A stretch of 64,000 bases of DNA from Gemmatimonadales bacterium UBA2989 (GCA_002346625.1 DEAF01000010.1:9601-73600), one strand, 5' to 3'. Numbered from the stretch's first letter, positions 37,502-49,005 are shown. Translations and numbers: made by a program. The notes: generated by a model from the letters alone, not told the origin.

Positions 37502-40500
37502 ATGAATGATTCCAATCGAGACCACAACCGTGTTCTTGCTCTAAAAAAAGCTATAGCTAGACGCATATTGGTTCTAGATGGGGCCATGGGAACCATGATT
37601 CAGGATTACGGATTATCAGAAGAAGACTTCCGAGGTGACGTCTACAAGGATCACCACGTACCGCTAATGGGTGCCAACGATCTGCTCTCAATCACCCAAC
37701 CCGAAGTAATTTATGAGATACATAAAGAATATCTAGAAGCAGGATCAGACATTATTGAAACAAATACATTCAATGCTCAAGCCATCTCTTTGTCTGACTA
37801 CGAACTTGAATCTGATGCTTACCGTATAAATGTCTCCGCAGCCATCTTGGCCCGGCGAGCAGCTGATGAAACCACTTCTCAGGATCCTGAAAAGCCCAGA
37901 TTTGTCTGTGGAATCATGGGGCCTACAAACAGAACAGCCTCTATCTCTTCTGACGTTGAAGATCCATCTTTTCGAGCTGTCAATTTCGATCAACTAGCCA
38001 CAGCATACAAAGAACAAGCAAAAGGTCTACTGGAAGGGGGCGTAGACCTTATTATGGTTGAGACCATCTTCGATACCTTGAATGCAAAAGCAGCTCTCTT
38101 CGCTATCTTAGATATCTTCGATGAGAGAAAAGAGCGTGTTCCTGTGATGGTGTCGGGTACAATCACTGATGCCAGCGGACGCACCTTAAGCGGCCAGACC
38201 CCTGAAGCTTTCTATCACTCAGTTCGTCATGCAAATCTTTTCTCAGTGGGATTTAATTGTGCATTAGGTGCTAAACAGCTACGGCCCCATTTGGAGGCAC
38301 TGGCTCAAGTGGCAGAGCTACCCGTGAGTTGCCATCCCAATGCTGGATTACCAAACGCTTTCGGGGAGTACGATGAAACACCTGATACTACTTCTGAGAT
38401 CATTCGTGAGTTCGCAGAATCAGGACTTGTAAATATTGTGGGTGGTTGCTGTGGAACAACGCCTGAGCATATAAAAGCTATATCAGAATCAGTTTTGGAT
38501 TTAACTCCCCGAAAAATACCGTCTTTCCCTCCACACTGTCGACTAAGCGGCCTGGAGGCTCTGACTCTAGAATCAAACTCTCTCTTCGTAAACATCGGTG
38601 AGCGTACAAATGTTACAGGATCTCGTCACTTCAAAAATCTGATCATTGACGGTGATTACGAGGGGGGGGTGGAAATAGCCCGGCAGCAGGAGCAAAGTGG
38701 CGCTCAAATGCTAGACATCAATCTAGACGAAGGTCTCTTGGATTCAGTAGCCGCAATGAATCGCTTTATGAACCTACTGAGCTCTGAACCTGATATAAGC
38801 CGTATCCCTTTCGTTCTGGATTCATCACGCTGGGATGTACTGGAGGAAGGGCTCAAGTGTGTTCAAGGGAAAAGTATAGTTAACTCAATAAGCTTAAAGG
38901 ACGGGGAGGATTTTTTTATCGAAAAGGTCAGACTGGCACGCCGTTATGGGGCTGCAGTAATCGTCATGGCATTCGATGAAGAAGGACAAGCCGACACCGT
39001 AGAAAGTAGATTTTCTATTTGTGAACGTGCCTATAAGATTATGGTTGAGAAGGTAGGATTTCCTCCCGAAGATATCATCTTTGACCCCAATATCTTTCCG
39101 GTAGGAACTGGGATTCAAGAGCACAACAATTACGCTAAAGACTTTTTTGAAGCAACACGTCAAATCAAAGAACACTTAGCTCATGCCTATGTTAGCGGAG
39201 GTGTAAGTAATGTCTCATTTGCCTTCCGTGGCAGTACACATGTACGTGAAGCTATGCACTCCGTATTCCTATATCACGCTGTTAGGGCTGGCCTAGATAT
39301 GGCTATTGTAAACGCAGGAGCATTACCCGTTTACGATGATATCCAACCCGATCTTTTGGAGGCCATAGAAGACATACTCTTGAATAGACACCCCGATGCC
39401 ACTGAACGTATGACATTACTAGCTGAGCAGTACTCCAATGCTCCAGGAATAGATAAAGAGATAGAGACTTGGAGATCGGAATCAGTTGAAAGTCGTATCC
39501 GGTACTCCCTAATACATGGGATTACTGAATATATCATAGACGACACCGAGGAAGCTCGTCAGAAGTCAGACCAGGCATTAGAAGTAATAGAAGGTCCACT
39601 TATGGATGGCATGCAAGTAGTAGGAGATCTATTCGGATCAGGTAAGATGTTTCTTCCGCAAGTTGTTAAAAGTGCCCGTGTGATGAAAAAAGCAGTTGCT
39701 CATCTGGAACCCTTTATTGATGCTGAAAATACAAATGGAAAAAGTATAAAGTCTGCAGGTAAGATTATATTGGCCACAGTAAAGGGAGACGTGCATGATA
39801 TAGGTAAAAATATAGTCTCAGTAGTACTGCAGTGTAATGGATATACGGTAGTAGATCTGGGTGTTATGGTTCCAGCCCAAACTATTCTCGGAGAAGCACA
39901 AAATCAGAAAGCTGATGCTATCGGCCTGAGCGGGCTAATCACACCATCGTTGTTCCAAATGGCCCATGTGGCATCTGAGATGGAACGCTTGGACTTCGAT
40001 CTCCCTCTGTTAATCGGAGGGGCCACCACATCTCGCAAGCATACTGCAGTCAGAATTGATGAGAATTATCATGGTCCAACAATCCACGTTACAGATGCGT
40101 CACGATGTGTACCCGTACTCCGTAAAATCCTTAATGAGGATAGTCGCGAAGAATTCATTAAAGATTTAGAGGATACCTACAGGCTTGAGCGCAAAAATCA
40201 CGCTGCTAAGAGCAAAAAATCACGCCTGATCCCACTAGAGAAAGCACGAGATAATAGATTAGATGTCAACTGGGATAACAACGGATTGGTAATTCCCCAA
40301 GATATTGGAATTCATTTTTTTGAAGAATATCCTATATCTGAACTACTAGATTACATCGACTGGACTCCCTTTTTCCAGGCCTGGGAGATCAAAGGAAATT
40401 TCCCCGCAGTTTTGGAATCATTAGATACCAGAGATCCTGCTAATAACCTGTACAACGACGCATTAAAGCTACTAGATAGAATCGTGGAAAATAAACTTAT

Positions 40501-41212
40501 CCGTGCAACTGCTATATCTGGTCTGTTTCCAGCCCAAAGTGTTGGGGACGACATTGAGATTCAAGACAAAAATAATCAGTGGAAGACGATCTACGGACTC
40601 CGGCAACAATTTTCAAAGCAACCTGGCCGTCCAAACTTATGCCTTTCTGATTTTGTCGCACCCAAAGATTCAGGAATCCAAGACCATATGGGTGCCTTTG
40701 TAGTAACAGCAGGAATAGGTCTGGATAAGTTGTGTGAATCTTTGGAAAAAGAAGGGAACGATTACGAAAGCATCATGGCTAAAGCACTGGCAGATCGTTT
40801 AGCAGAAGCACTAGCAGAGCGTATGCATGAGATGGTTAGATCTGAGCTCTGGGGATATGCTAAGAACGAGAGACTATCAAACGAAGAACTTATAGCAGAA
40901 GATTATACGGGAATCCGACCGGCTCCTGGCTATCCGGCTTGCCCAGATCATACCCAAAAGAGAACCCTCTTTGATTTGCTGGACGCAGAACATAAAGTCG
41001 GAGTACACCTGACAGAAAGTTATGCTATGCTACCTAGTTCCTCCGTAGCAGGATGGTACCTTGCCCATCCAGATGCCCATTATTTTGGGGTCGGACGCAT
41101 AGGTCATGACCAAGTAGCTGACTATGCAAATCGTAGGTCGATAACAATCAAAGAAGCCGAGCAATGGCTACTACCTAATTTGGATTACGATCCTGGGAAC
41201 AAGGATTCATAA
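37502..41212 (+). CDS. metH: Cobalamin-dependent methionine synthase
   Basis: Hcy-binding domain with GGCCGTTP, pterin-binding domain, B12-binding DVHDIGKN (DxHxxG), and a C-terminal AdoMet activation domain. 1236 aa. Confidence 0.97.
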   Translation: MNDSNRDHNRVLALKKAIARRILVLDGAMGTMIQDYGLSEEDFRGDVYKDHHVPLMGANDLLSITQPEVIYEIHKEYLEAGSDIIETNTFNAQAISLSDYELESDAYRINVSAAILARRAADETTSQDPEKPRFVCGIMGPTNRTASISSDVEDPSFRAVNFDQLATAYKEQAKGLLEGGVDLIMVETIFDTLNAKAALFAILDIFDERKERVPVMVSGTITDASGRTLSGQTPEAFYHSVRHANLFSVGFNCALGAKQLRPHLEALAQVAELPVSCHPNAGLPNAFGEYDETPDTTSEIIREFAESGLVNIVGGCCGTTPEHIKAISESVLDLTPRKIPSFPPHCRLSGLEALTLESNSLFVNIGERTNVTGSRHFKNLIIDGDYEGGVEIARQQEQSGAQMLDINLDEGLLDSVAAMNRFMNLLSSEPDISRIPFVLDSSRWDVLEEGLKCVQGKSIVNSISLKDGEDFFIEKVRLARRYGAAVIVMAFDEEGQADTVESRFSICERAYKIMVEKVGFPPEDIIFDPNIFPVGTGIQEHNNYAKDFFEATRQIKEHLAHAYVSGGVSNVSFAFRGSTHVREAMHSVFLYHAVRAGLDMAIVNAGALPVYDDIQPDLLEAIEDILLNRHPDATERMTLLAEQYSNAPGIDKEIETWRSESVESRIRYSLIHGITEYIIDDTEEARQKSDQALEVIEGPLMDGMQVVGDLFGSGKMFLPQVVKSARVMKKAVAHLEPFIDAENTNGKSIKSAGKIILATVKGDVHDIGKNIVSVVLQCNGYTVVDLGVMVPAQTILGEAQNQKADAIGLSGLITPSLFQMAHVASEMERLDFDLPLLIGGATTSRKHTAVRIDENYHGPTIHVTDASRCVPVLRKILNEDSREEFIKDLEDTYRLERKNHAAKSKKSRLIPLEKARDNRLDVNWDNNGLVIPQDIGIHFFEEYPISELLDYIDWTPFFQAWEIKGNFPAVLESLDTRDPANNLYNDALKLLDRIVENKLIRATAISGLFPAQSVGDDIEIQDKNNQWKTIYGLRQQFSKQPGRPNLCLSDFVAPKDSGIQDHMGAFVVTAGIGLDKLCESLEKEGNDYESIMAKALADRLAEALAERMHEMVRSELWGYAKNERLSNEELIAEDYTGIRPAPGYPACPDHTQKRTLFDLLDAEHKVGVHLTESYAMLPSSSVAGWYLAHPDAHYFGVGRIGHDQVADYANRRSITIKEAEQWLLPNLDYDPGNKDS

Positions 41213-41242
41213 TTTTATAGGAATCCTAGCAGATTTCTTTCT

Positions 41243-42139
41243 TTAGATGACAGAGGATTGTTCTAAAATTTTTTTAAGACGGTCATGTACTCGCTTATAG
41301 CCAAGGTTGCTCAGGTAGATATTCTTAGCGCCGACACCCTTAAGTGCTCTGATAGTTCTTACTACCACTGCTTCTGGTGTATCTCCAGCATCGAACTCAC
41401 GGGTAAGTTCATCAATAGGAACTGGTAAAAAATCATCCAACCTCTTCAAGGTTACAGGTTTAGCATTCCAATAGTAGAAGACACCAAACAAACCTGGAAT
41501 TTTCACATTACGCTTATCACACTCTTCGAGGAATTCCGCTACTAAATCCACACTGTGATGTGATACAATCTGTGTTAGATAGAAATCTGCTAAAAAATCT
41601 CCTGAGGTCAGATAATCTATCTGTTTTAATAAATCTTTGTGTGGGTTAATCCAGCCACCCAGGGAAATTTCAGGTTGACGTTTCCGGATCTGCTCACGGA
41701 GAAAATAAGAGTGAGGGACACACCTAGGTAAACCGACCGACTTATCGCCACCCACTACCACTATGGATTTGCATCCGAGAGAATGGGCTCGATCAGCAAA
41801 ATTTAGGCAGTATTCTAAAGTGTGTTTACAAGTTAGAAAGGGGACAAATCGTGAGATTGGAATTTCAGAGCCCATGTTGGCTTCCAAATAAGACAAGCTC
41901 TCCTCTTCACTCAACCCCACAGCCTGATCTGTGAGAAACACAAAAAAATCATTAAGAACTAGATCTTGCATGGAATAGTTAATAGTAGCCAACCTATTAG
42001 TATCCGATGATTCTATAATATCTTTTTCGGGAGGACGAAGCTCTATCGTAGTAACTGAGCCAGGTCTTCGGAGTCTTTCTGCTAAATTCAACTTCGAGGA
42101 ATCTGTGACCTCGTTACAATTCATCTGTGACATATTCAT
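41243..42139 (-). CDS. Divergent methylenetetrahydrofolate reductase (MTHFR)-like TIM-barrel protein
   Basis: By-eye correspondence to E. coli MetF landmarks: IELRPPEK~FEFFPPRT, FLTCK~HLTC, IVVVGGDK~IVALRGD, YLTQIV~ITQFFF, KIPGLFGV~IIPGILPV, IYLSNLG~HFYTLN. It is convergent with metH. Confidence 0.55.
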   Translation of the reverse strand: MNMSQMNCNEVTDSSKLNLAERLRRPGSVTTIELRPPEKDIIESSDTNRLATINYSMQDLVLNDFFVFLTDQAVGLSEEESLSYLEANMGSEIPISRFVPFLTCKHTLEYCLNFADRAHSLGCKSIVVVGGDKSVGLPRCVPHSYFLREQIRKRQPEISLGGWINPHKDLLKQIDYLTSGDFLADFYLTQIVSHHSVDLVAEFLEECDKRNVKIPGLFGVFYYWNAKPVTLKRLDDFLPVPIDELTREFDAGDTPEAVVVRTIRALKGVGAKNIYLSNLGYKRVHDRLKKILEQSSVI

Positions 42140-42141
42140 AA

Positions 42142-43506
42142 TTAATCTCTAATAGATCCAACTAGAGATTCGATTTCTTCAGCAGTTACAGGCAAGGATG
42201 CAGTAAGTACTTCATTGCCATCGGATGTCACCAAGACATCGTCCTCAATCCTTACACCTATCCCTATATATTCAGATAAAACTTCATCTTTAACTTCAAT
42301 GGAACTAACAGGGCTTGGGATAAAATAAAGACCAGGTTCAACTGTTAGGACCATCCCAGGTTCTAGAATGCGTGGCTTTTTTCCAAACGTATAATCTCCA
42401 ACATCATGAACATCTAAACCTAACCAGTGCGAAGTCTGGTGCGGGAAAAATGGCTTATAGATCTCGTCCTCAATGATTTTGTCTTTATCGCCATTGAGAA
42501 TGCCCAATTCCATAAGACCTTGAATCAACACATCTAGAGAATTCAGATGTATTTGATCCACACTGACACCAGGACGAATAGTTTCAATTGCCTCACGGTT
42601 TGCACAAAGCACTATCTCATAAATATCATTCTGCCTATCCGAGAAACGTCCCGATATCGGTAAAGTCCTAGTAATATCAGCATTATAGAGATCTACCTCA
42701 GCACCTGCATCCACCAAAACAAGATCCCCATTTTCAAGAGTACAATTGTTAGAAACATAGTGGAGGATAGTGGAATTAGATCCAGATCCGACAATTGTAG
42801 TATATGCTGGGCCCCAGGCACCCCTCTTTCGGAATTCTGAATCAAGTACTGCCTCGATCTCCCATTCTCCCACTCCCGGTCGAATAGCAGGTAACATTTC
42901 CTGATAAGCTTGGACGGTCACAACCGCAGCTTGGCGTATTCTTTCCACCTCTTCTGGATCCTTAACGATACGCATAGGATCCAATACCATTCCGGGATCC
43001 GCTACTGACTGTGGTCCTAAAATTCTGCGAGAACGTCCTATTCTAGCTGTAGTAAGAGATTGTATGACAAGTTGTTCTATGCGAGATCCAGATCCGAGCC
43101 GAAAAAAAATTGTTTCGGCTGGCGACAATAATCGTGGTAGGTATTTTTCGAGATCTTCCAAAGAATATACCTCGTCAGCACAAAAAATATCTTTAGCTTC
43201 ATCTAGCCCCAATCTTTTGCCATCCCAACGCTCTTTTTCCTCATCCCGAGGTTGGATAAAAAGCACAAAACTACCACTGTCTCCGTTGGGATTTAAAACA
43301 GCTAGAGATCCAGGATCTACTACTCCAGTAAGGTAGAATAATTCACTGTCCGCTCTGTAACGGAATTCTGTATCCCTTGATTTCATGCTCACAGGTGCTG
43401 CTGGAAGCACCATTACCGATCCTTCCATATTCTCGAAAATCTTCTTGCGCCGAGCACAGAATATTTCCTGAGAAAACCCCAGCATAGGTTCGTAGCAATG
43501 ATTCAA
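42142..43506 (-). CDS. pepP: Xaa-Pro aminopeptidase (M24B)
   Basis: N-terminal AMP_N-like domain. Metal-ligand contexts VLVDAGAEVDLYNADITRT, HWLGLDVHD, VEPGLY and RIEDDV. Confidence 0.88.
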   Translation of the reverse strand: MNHCYEPMLGFSQEIFCARRKKIFENMEGSVMVLPAAPVSMKSRDTEFRYRADSELFYLTGVVDPGSLAVLNPNGDSGSFVLFIQPRDEEKERWDGKRLGLDEAKDIFCADEVYSLEDLEKYLPRLLSPAETIFFRLGSGSRIEQLVIQSLTTARIGRSRRILGPQSVADPGMVLDPMRIVKDPEEVERIRQAAVVTVQAYQEMLPAIRPGVGEWEIEAVLDSEFRKRGAWGPAYTTIVGSGSNSTILHYVSNNCTLENGDLVLVDAGAEVDLYNADITRTLPISGRFSDRQNDIYEIVLCANREAIETIRPGVSVDQIHLNSLDVLIQGLMELGILNGDKDKIIEDEIYKPFFPHQTSHWLGLDVHDVGDYTFGKKPRILEPGMVLTVEPGLYFIPSPVSSIEVKDEVLSEYIGIGVRIEDDVLVTSDGNEVLTASLPVTAEEIESLVGSIRD

Positions 43507-43527
43507 ATCTCTTCTCCAACGTTACTA

Positions 43528-45729
43528 TTAATTCAACTTTACAGCAGATCTTTCATTAACAAGCCAGTAATGGAACCAACTACGGATCCTTTCTAGCCGA
43601 TCTACCAATAGCCACGGCTCACCTGTTCTCGACAAGCCGTGTGAGGATCTTGGATAGCGAACCATCTCTACAGGAACTCCCAATTTCTTAAGAGACATAA
43701 ACCATTGTTCTCCGTCACCAATAGGTGTTCGAAAATCTTGCTCGCTGTGAATAATCAGAGTAGGAGCAGTAACATTTTCAACATAAGAGATAGGAGATAG
43801 ACGCCTATATAGATCTCTCCGCTCCCAAGGTTGCCCATAGAATTCCTGTCTGGTCAGCTCCTGGGCATCCGAGGATCCCCACCAACTCTCCCAATTAGAT
43901 ATAGATCGAGAAGTAACTGCAGCATGGAAGCGATCTGAGGTAGCAGTAAGCCAGTTAGTCATGTACCCCCCATAACTTCCCCCAGAGACTCCGAGTCTCA
44001 TGGGATCCACATCGGGGTACTTAGCCAATACTGAATCTATCCCCGACAGGAAATCTTCACTGTCCATAATACCCCACTGCCCTCTCGTAGAGTATTTGAA
44101 GTCATGACCGTATCCGCTCGATCCTCTAGGGTTGGAGTATAGGACAAAGAAACCCGATGCTGACAAAACATGGAACGTAGGAAAGAACGTATTGCCATAT
44201 GCACCATGAGGCCCTCCATGGATCTTCAAGATCAGGGGATACTTCGGACCTGGTTGGTGAATAGTATCAGGAGTAGAATAATAGTTTACTGGTTTAATAA
44301 CCCATCCTTCGATCTTCACACTATCACTTACAGTCCAAGTGATATGTTCAGGTGTTACCAGGGCAACATCAGACATCCAATATTGGTTCAGCATGGTCGC
44401 TTGACGTTCTCCGGTACCATCCCCACGTGCAATAAATAGTTCAGTAGGATTCACGGCATCAGTAGCTACATAGGCCATTATGTGACCGCGCTCTGAGAAT
44501 GAAATGCTACTCAGACGTCGTTCGCCACGGGTGACTTGAGTGACAGGGCCTCCAGAAGCGGGTACTCGGAAGAGATGACGATCCCCTCCTGTTGATGCTT
44601 CAAATAGGATACCCGTTCCGTCTGCAGTCCATTGCGGAAAACCAGGGTCTAGATCCCAGTTCACAGTAAGATTTACAGGAGAACTTTTGAAACGGCCATC
44701 TGATCCGATATCCACAACCATGATATCCCTATGCCCTAACCGTTCAGACATGTAATGGAATGCTAGACGTCTCCCTTCTGGAGAAGGAGATGGTGATCTT
44801 TCGGATCCTGGGTTGGCAGTGATTTTAGCTACTGATCCATCAGTGACACGTACAACCCAGATGTCCTGAGTAAGATTTCTGTTGTCTTCATCGTTCTGTA
44901 GCTCGTCTCCAGTGAAAAAAAGAACGTTGCCATCAGAAGACCAAGTCACAGAAGATTTATCAAAGGGCAGATCTGTTAATTGGCGAGGGACTCCGCCATT
45001 AGCAGAAACTAGATAGAGATCCTCAACATCTTTGACAGATGGATGAGGCAAAAATGTAAGCGTTCCATCACTTTTATAGCGTGATGACGTTATAACCCTG
45101 CCATCGAAACGCTCGGGGTTTACATTATTCGAAATGGCATCAGGTGCCACCCATCCTTCTTTTTCTACCACTGACAGGTTTTCTGGACTAGACAGATAGG
45201 CTATCCACTGACCGTCTTGCGACCATACAGGATTACCTCTTACACCATCAATATGAAAAGCTTCTCCACCTTTTGCCGTCACTCTTACAAACCAAGTTGA
45301 ATTTTCATCTTTCCCACGCTTTGAAGTGAAGGATAGAAGAGATCCATCAGGTGACCATATCGGAGAATGGGAATCTTCCGTTGGATCAGTAAACCGATAT
45401 GCATCACCAGCAGGAAGTCCGTTTTCAAGCGACTGCATCCAAATCTCACGCTGTCGCCTATTCTCATCCTCAATAATGGTTGTCACCGTGAAAGCCACTA
45501 GATCTCCAGGAGGCGACACGGATACGTCATCCACTGTTACAATTTTGTAATAGTCCTCAGGCTGGAAACCACGTCTCTGGCCAAGAATGGGATTAAATCC
45601 GCCCAGGACAAGTGAAGACAGTAAGACTGATATAATCAGTATATCAGTCCTTATATCTACAGGACTTTTTCTATTGGTAGCCCAAACACGTATTAGGTCT
45701 ACTATATTTATAGGATGTTCTGCCACCAT
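43528..45729 (-). CDS. S9-family serine peptidase (acylaminoacyl/prolyl oligopeptidase-like) with N-terminal TolB-like beta-propeller
   Basis: Repeated P.WSPDG-type propeller motifs (SPIWSPDGS, NPVWSQDGQ). C-terminal alpha/beta hydrolase with nucleophile elbow GGSYGG and a terminal SSHG histidine. N-terminal signal/TM segment. Confidence 0.85.
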   Translation of the reverse strand: MVAEHPINIVDLIRVWATNRKSPVDIRTDILIISVLLSSLVLGGFNPILGQRRGFQPEDYYKIVTVDDVSVSPPGDLVAFTVTTIIEDENRRQREIWMQSLENGLPAGDAYRFTDPTEDSHSPIWSPDGSLLSFTSKRGKDENSTWFVRVTAKGGEAFHIDGVRGNPVWSQDGQWIAYLSSPENLSVVEKEGWVAPDAISNNVNPERFDGRVITSSRYKSDGTLTFLPHPSVKDVEDLYLVSANGGVPRQLTDLPFDKSSVTWSSDGNVLFFTGDELQNDEDNRNLTQDIWVVRVTDGSVAKITANPGSERSPSPSPEGRRLAFHYMSERLGHRDIMVVDIGSDGRFKSSPVNLTVNWDLDPGFPQWTADGTGILFEASTGGDRHLFRVPASGGPVTQVTRGERRLSSISFSERGHIMAYVATDAVNPTELFIARGDGTGERQATMLNQYWMSDVALVTPEHITWTVSDSVKIEGWVIKPVNYYSTPDTIHQPGPKYPLILKIHGGPHGAYGNTFFPTFHVLSASGFFVLYSNPRGSSGYGHDFKYSTRGQWGIMDSEDFLSGIDSVLAKYPDVDPMRLGVSGGSYGGYMTNWLTATSDRFHAAVTSRSISNWESWWGSSDAQELTRQEFYGQPWERRDLYRRLSPISYVENVTAPTLIIHSEQDFRTPIGDGEQWFMSLKKLGVPVEMVRYPRSSHGLSRTGEPWLLVDRLERIRSWFHYWLVNERSAVKLN

Positions 45730-45945
45730 ATTATCCGTATCATTTTCAATTAGAGAATTATCTAAAATAAACTTTTAACTGCAAAACTAATACCAATACT
45801 TACAGTAGCAGACTCTTATAAGTCATCTGTCCTAGGAGTTTGGATAAATCTAATTCCACTGACAAGCAACTTACTTAAGTCCTAAACTATCTCGCCAACG
45901 ATGGTGTAAACTCGGCAGTATTCTTGGTAAACGAAAAAAGTTTGT

Positions 45946-48105
45946 ATGGAAAGCAATATAAAATTATGTGGTGTAGAAAACCGACTAATACCTATGACTT
46001 ATAATTGTGTCCTGAGCTCAAAAACTTGGCAGACAGGTATATTGATCCTAGCTATCACCTTATTCAGTGGAATCATTAACGTCATTTTTGCTCAGGAATA
46101 TCCGGACAGCGTAGTACCACTCGATTCCGTAGTTGTAACAATAACCCGAGGCACCGATGCGATAGGACAGATACCTTTTGCAGTCTCGGTCCAGGGGCAA
46201 CGAAATCTTCAGCTCGGCAATACCGGATTTTCACTAGAAGAAGCCCTCCAAGGCATCCCTGGTGTGCAAGTGCAAAATCGCTATAACTATACGGTAGGTG
46301 AACGTATATCTATACGCGGACTAGGGGCACGAGCACAGTTCGGAGTGCGCGGCATAAAGATCTTCGTGGATGGCATTCCGGCAACCTTGGCAGACGGACA
46401 ATCCACCCTAGACCATCTAGACATTGGGTCACTGGGACGAGCAGAAATTATACGAGGACCAGCCTCCGCAATTTACGGAAACGGAGGCGGAGGGGTGATT
46501 AGCTTTGAGACTGTACAGCCAGCTGATGTTCCTATACAACAGGAAATTAAAGCAATCTCAGGTGGAAACGGCCTATTGCGCCTACAGAGCACCACGTCAG
46601 GAACGTCCAACAAGACCTCTTATCTAATTAACATCGCTAATCTTTCTTACGATGGATTCCGCATACATCCTAATAACCCATCGGATTTCTTTGGAGGCGC
46701 AGATCGACTCAATATAAACACACAGATACGCACTGAATTGGCTGGAGGGTCTCTTAGTGTGACAGCGAATATGTTTGATCTGGACGGAGAAAATCCTGGC
46801 CAATTAAATCGTTCAGATCTGGAAGCAGGGCTTCTATCGGCCAGGAGTTTCAATGTGAAGCAGAAATCCGGTAAATCTGTCCACCAAGGGCAACTGGGAG
46901 TTGCATGGTCAGGATCTCTTGGAAATTTAAGCACCCGAATATCGGGATGGGGTTTATTTAGGAATATGGACAATCCGATTCCTCCTAGGATCATAGACTT
47001 AGAACGCAAAGCCTGGGGAGGACGAATGGCCATAACCTCACAGACTTCCGACCAAGACAGTAAGATGACATGGACAGCCGGAATCGACGTGGACTTTCAG
47101 CGAGACAATCGCCTGAACTTTGAAAACAACGGAGGTGCAAGAGGAGCTTTAACTTTAGATCAACTCGAAACCGTATCAGCCACTGGTCTTTTTGTTCAGA
47201 TTAGGACACCACTGTCTGAGCGACTTTGGGCATTAGGAAGTCTGCGCTATGATCGCTTCCATTTCGAGGCAGACGATCATTTGATCACAGATGAAAATCC
47301 TAACGAGTCCGGGAAACGAACCATGGAGGCTATCAGTCCCACGTTAGGAATAGACATACGGGTTAATCCAAATTTAAATCTCTATGGAAACGTAGCTACA
47401 TTATTGGACACACCATCTACTACAGAACTTGTAAATCGTCCTGGTGGCGACGGTGGCTTCAATCCTAATCTGGAGCCACAGAAAGGTGTTAGCGGAGAGA
47501 TAGGGATCAGAGGTCAACTTAAAACCTTTTTGGGTTACGAAGGCAATATGTTCATAACCAGACGAACCAATGAGCTCGTACCATTCGAAGAAGAGTCTCA
47601 ACCAGGTCGTACATTTTTCCGTAACAGCGGATCATCCAAGTATCAAGGATTGGAAGGATCAATTCACGCAATACTTCCCAAAAACATTTATACTAAAGTT
47701 ACATACACATTTGTGGATGCAATTTTTACAGATTTTGTGCCGGGCAATAGCGATGGTAAGGTGTTCAACGGCAACAAGATTCCTGGACTAACAAGACACC
47801 GACTGGACGGCTTACTCAGAATGACAAAAGGATCATGGTTCGGTGAGATCAGAGGTGACTATGTCGGAGGAATCGCAGCAAACGACTCTAACAGCGAGTT
47901 CAGTTCTTCTTATTCCCTCTGGGAATTGCGTACAGGTCTGAATGAGTTGCACTTAGGCAGAATGGTATTGTCTCCTTTCGCTGGAGTTACCAATCTCTTC
48001 AACAAGATCTACGCAGCGGCAATTACAGTGAACGCTTTCGGGGGGCGCTTCTATGATCCCGGTCCTAGGAGATCGTTCTTTACAGGAATGAGAGTAACTT
48101 TCTAG
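45946..48105 (+). CDS. TonB-dependent outer-membrane receptor
   Basis: Plug-domain motifs (LEEALQGIPGV, RISIRG, IFVDGIP, IEIIRGPASAIYG), a long beta-barrel, and a C-terminal aromatic residue (..RVTF). The true start may be Met17 (45994), ahead of a signal peptide. Confidence 0.88.
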   Translation: MESNIKLCGVENRLIPMTYNCVLSSKTWQTGILILAITLFSGIINVIFAQEYPDSVVPLDSVVVTITRGTDAIGQIPFAVSVQGQRNLQLGNTGFSLEEALQGIPGVQVQNRYNYTVGERISIRGLGARAQFGVRGIKIFVDGIPATLADGQSTLDHLDIGSLGRAEIIRGPASAIYGNGGGGVISFETVQPADVPIQQEIKAISGGNGLLRLQSTTSGTSNKTSYLINIANLSYDGFRIHPNNPSDFFGGADRLNINTQIRTELAGGSLSVTANMFDLDGENPGQLNRSDLEAGLLSARSFNVKQKSGKSVHQGQLGVAWSGSLGNLSTRISGWGLFRNMDNPIPPRIIDLERKAWGGRMAITSQTSDQDSKMTWTAGIDVDFQRDNRLNFENNGGARGALTLDQLETVSATGLFVQIRTPLSERLWALGSLRYDRFHFEADDHLITDENPNESGKRTMEAISPTLGIDIRVNPNLNLYGNVATLLDTPSTTELVNRPGGDGGFNPNLEPQKGVSGEIGIRGQLKTFLGYEGNMFITRRTNELVPFEEESQPGRTFFRNSGSSKYQGLEGSIHAILPKNIYTKVTYTFVDAIFTDFVPGNSDGKVFNGNKIPGLTRHRLDGLLRMTKGSWFGEIRGDYVGGIAANDSNSEFSSSYSLWELRTGLNELHLGRMVLSPFAGVTNLFNKIYAAAITVNAFGGRFYDPGPRRSFFTGMRVTF

Positions 48106-48106
48106 C

Positions 48107-48667
48107 ATGAACTTCCACTTAACTACTAAGTCCTTCGGCCATCTACCTATTATTCATCATCTCTTAATTTTTTACCTGATTTCCAGCAGCCTGGCTTATG
48201 CTCCTTCGCATATTGGTGCCCAATCTCCGTACGAAAAAGACCAAATGGGATTTCGGATCGGAGTTACAGCTGGAGGAATCGGATCATGGGGTATCTCTTT
48301 TGAGTTACGCCGGGGTAACCGCAGTCTAGACTTAAACTTAGCCACATTCGATTTTAAGGATGTGAGCTTAGCAGTCACTGGAAAACAGTACCTGGGAAAT
48401 CGTAAACTCCAGCCATTCTTAGGAATTGGTATATGGGGGGTAAATGCATACCCTAAAGATCATATTGAGCGAACAGGCAGAGCACTGCTACTCAGAATTC
48501 CTTTAGGGGTGGATTGGAGATTAGCTGATGCTCATTCCCTGGGAGGGAGTATTGCACTCAATGAAGGCCTATGGGTTCAGCGTGCCAATCAGAAAGATGA
48601 TAGACCTATAAGCCGTAGACCTGTCTTCCTGCCAGGCTTTTACTACAGAGTCCTTAGTAACCCGTGA
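48107..48667 (+). CDS. Hypothetical small outer-membrane beta-barrel-like protein
   Basis: The start is 1 nt after the receptor stop. N-terminal signal-like segment (LIFYLISSSLAYA). Alternating hydrophobic pattern with Gly/aromatic-rich strands. No recognisable family. Confidence 0.45.
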   Translation: MNFHLTTKSFGHLPIIHHLLIFYLISSSLAYAPSHIGAQSPYEKDQMGFRIGVTAGGIGSWGISFELRRGNRSLDLNLATFDFKDVSLAVTGKQYLGNRKLQPFLGIGIWGVNAYPKDHIERTGRALLLRIPLGVDWRLADAHSLGGSIALNEGLWVQRANQKDDRPISRRPVFLPGFYYRVLSNP

Positions 48668-48702
48668 CCGATTCCGTAGTTGCAATTACGAAATGTTCTC
48701 AT

Positions 48703-49005
48703 TTATCTCTTGCAGTAAGCTTCAAAATTTTTTGCATAATCTGCAGCTAACTGTGAAAAATATATGGCGCCTTGAGCCATTTTATCTGCACCTTCTTCAT
48801 CACCTGCATTTCGCATTCCATCTGATTTTTCTAGTAAGTCCCCAGCTGCTAGCAAGAAAAATCCGGATGCTGCACTTATTTTTCCACAATCCTCCGGCTT
48901 CCAAAGCCCTATAGCTGATCCTCTTTCCTGTACTGAACCAGCACATCCTAGTAAGGGGATCAGTAGAGTTATTAATATGGTTAAGTTTTTTCTTACATTA
49001 CTCAT
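48703..49005 (-). CDS. Hypothetical lipoprotein
   Basis: Lipobox LLIPLLGCAG after a basic N-terminus. 100 aa. No recognisable family. Confidence 0.5.
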   Translation of the reverse strand: MSNVRKNLTILITLLIPLLGCAGSVQERGSAIGLWKPEDCGKISAASGFFLLAAGDLLEKSDGMRNAGDEEGADKMAQGAIYFSQLAADYAKNFEAYCKR

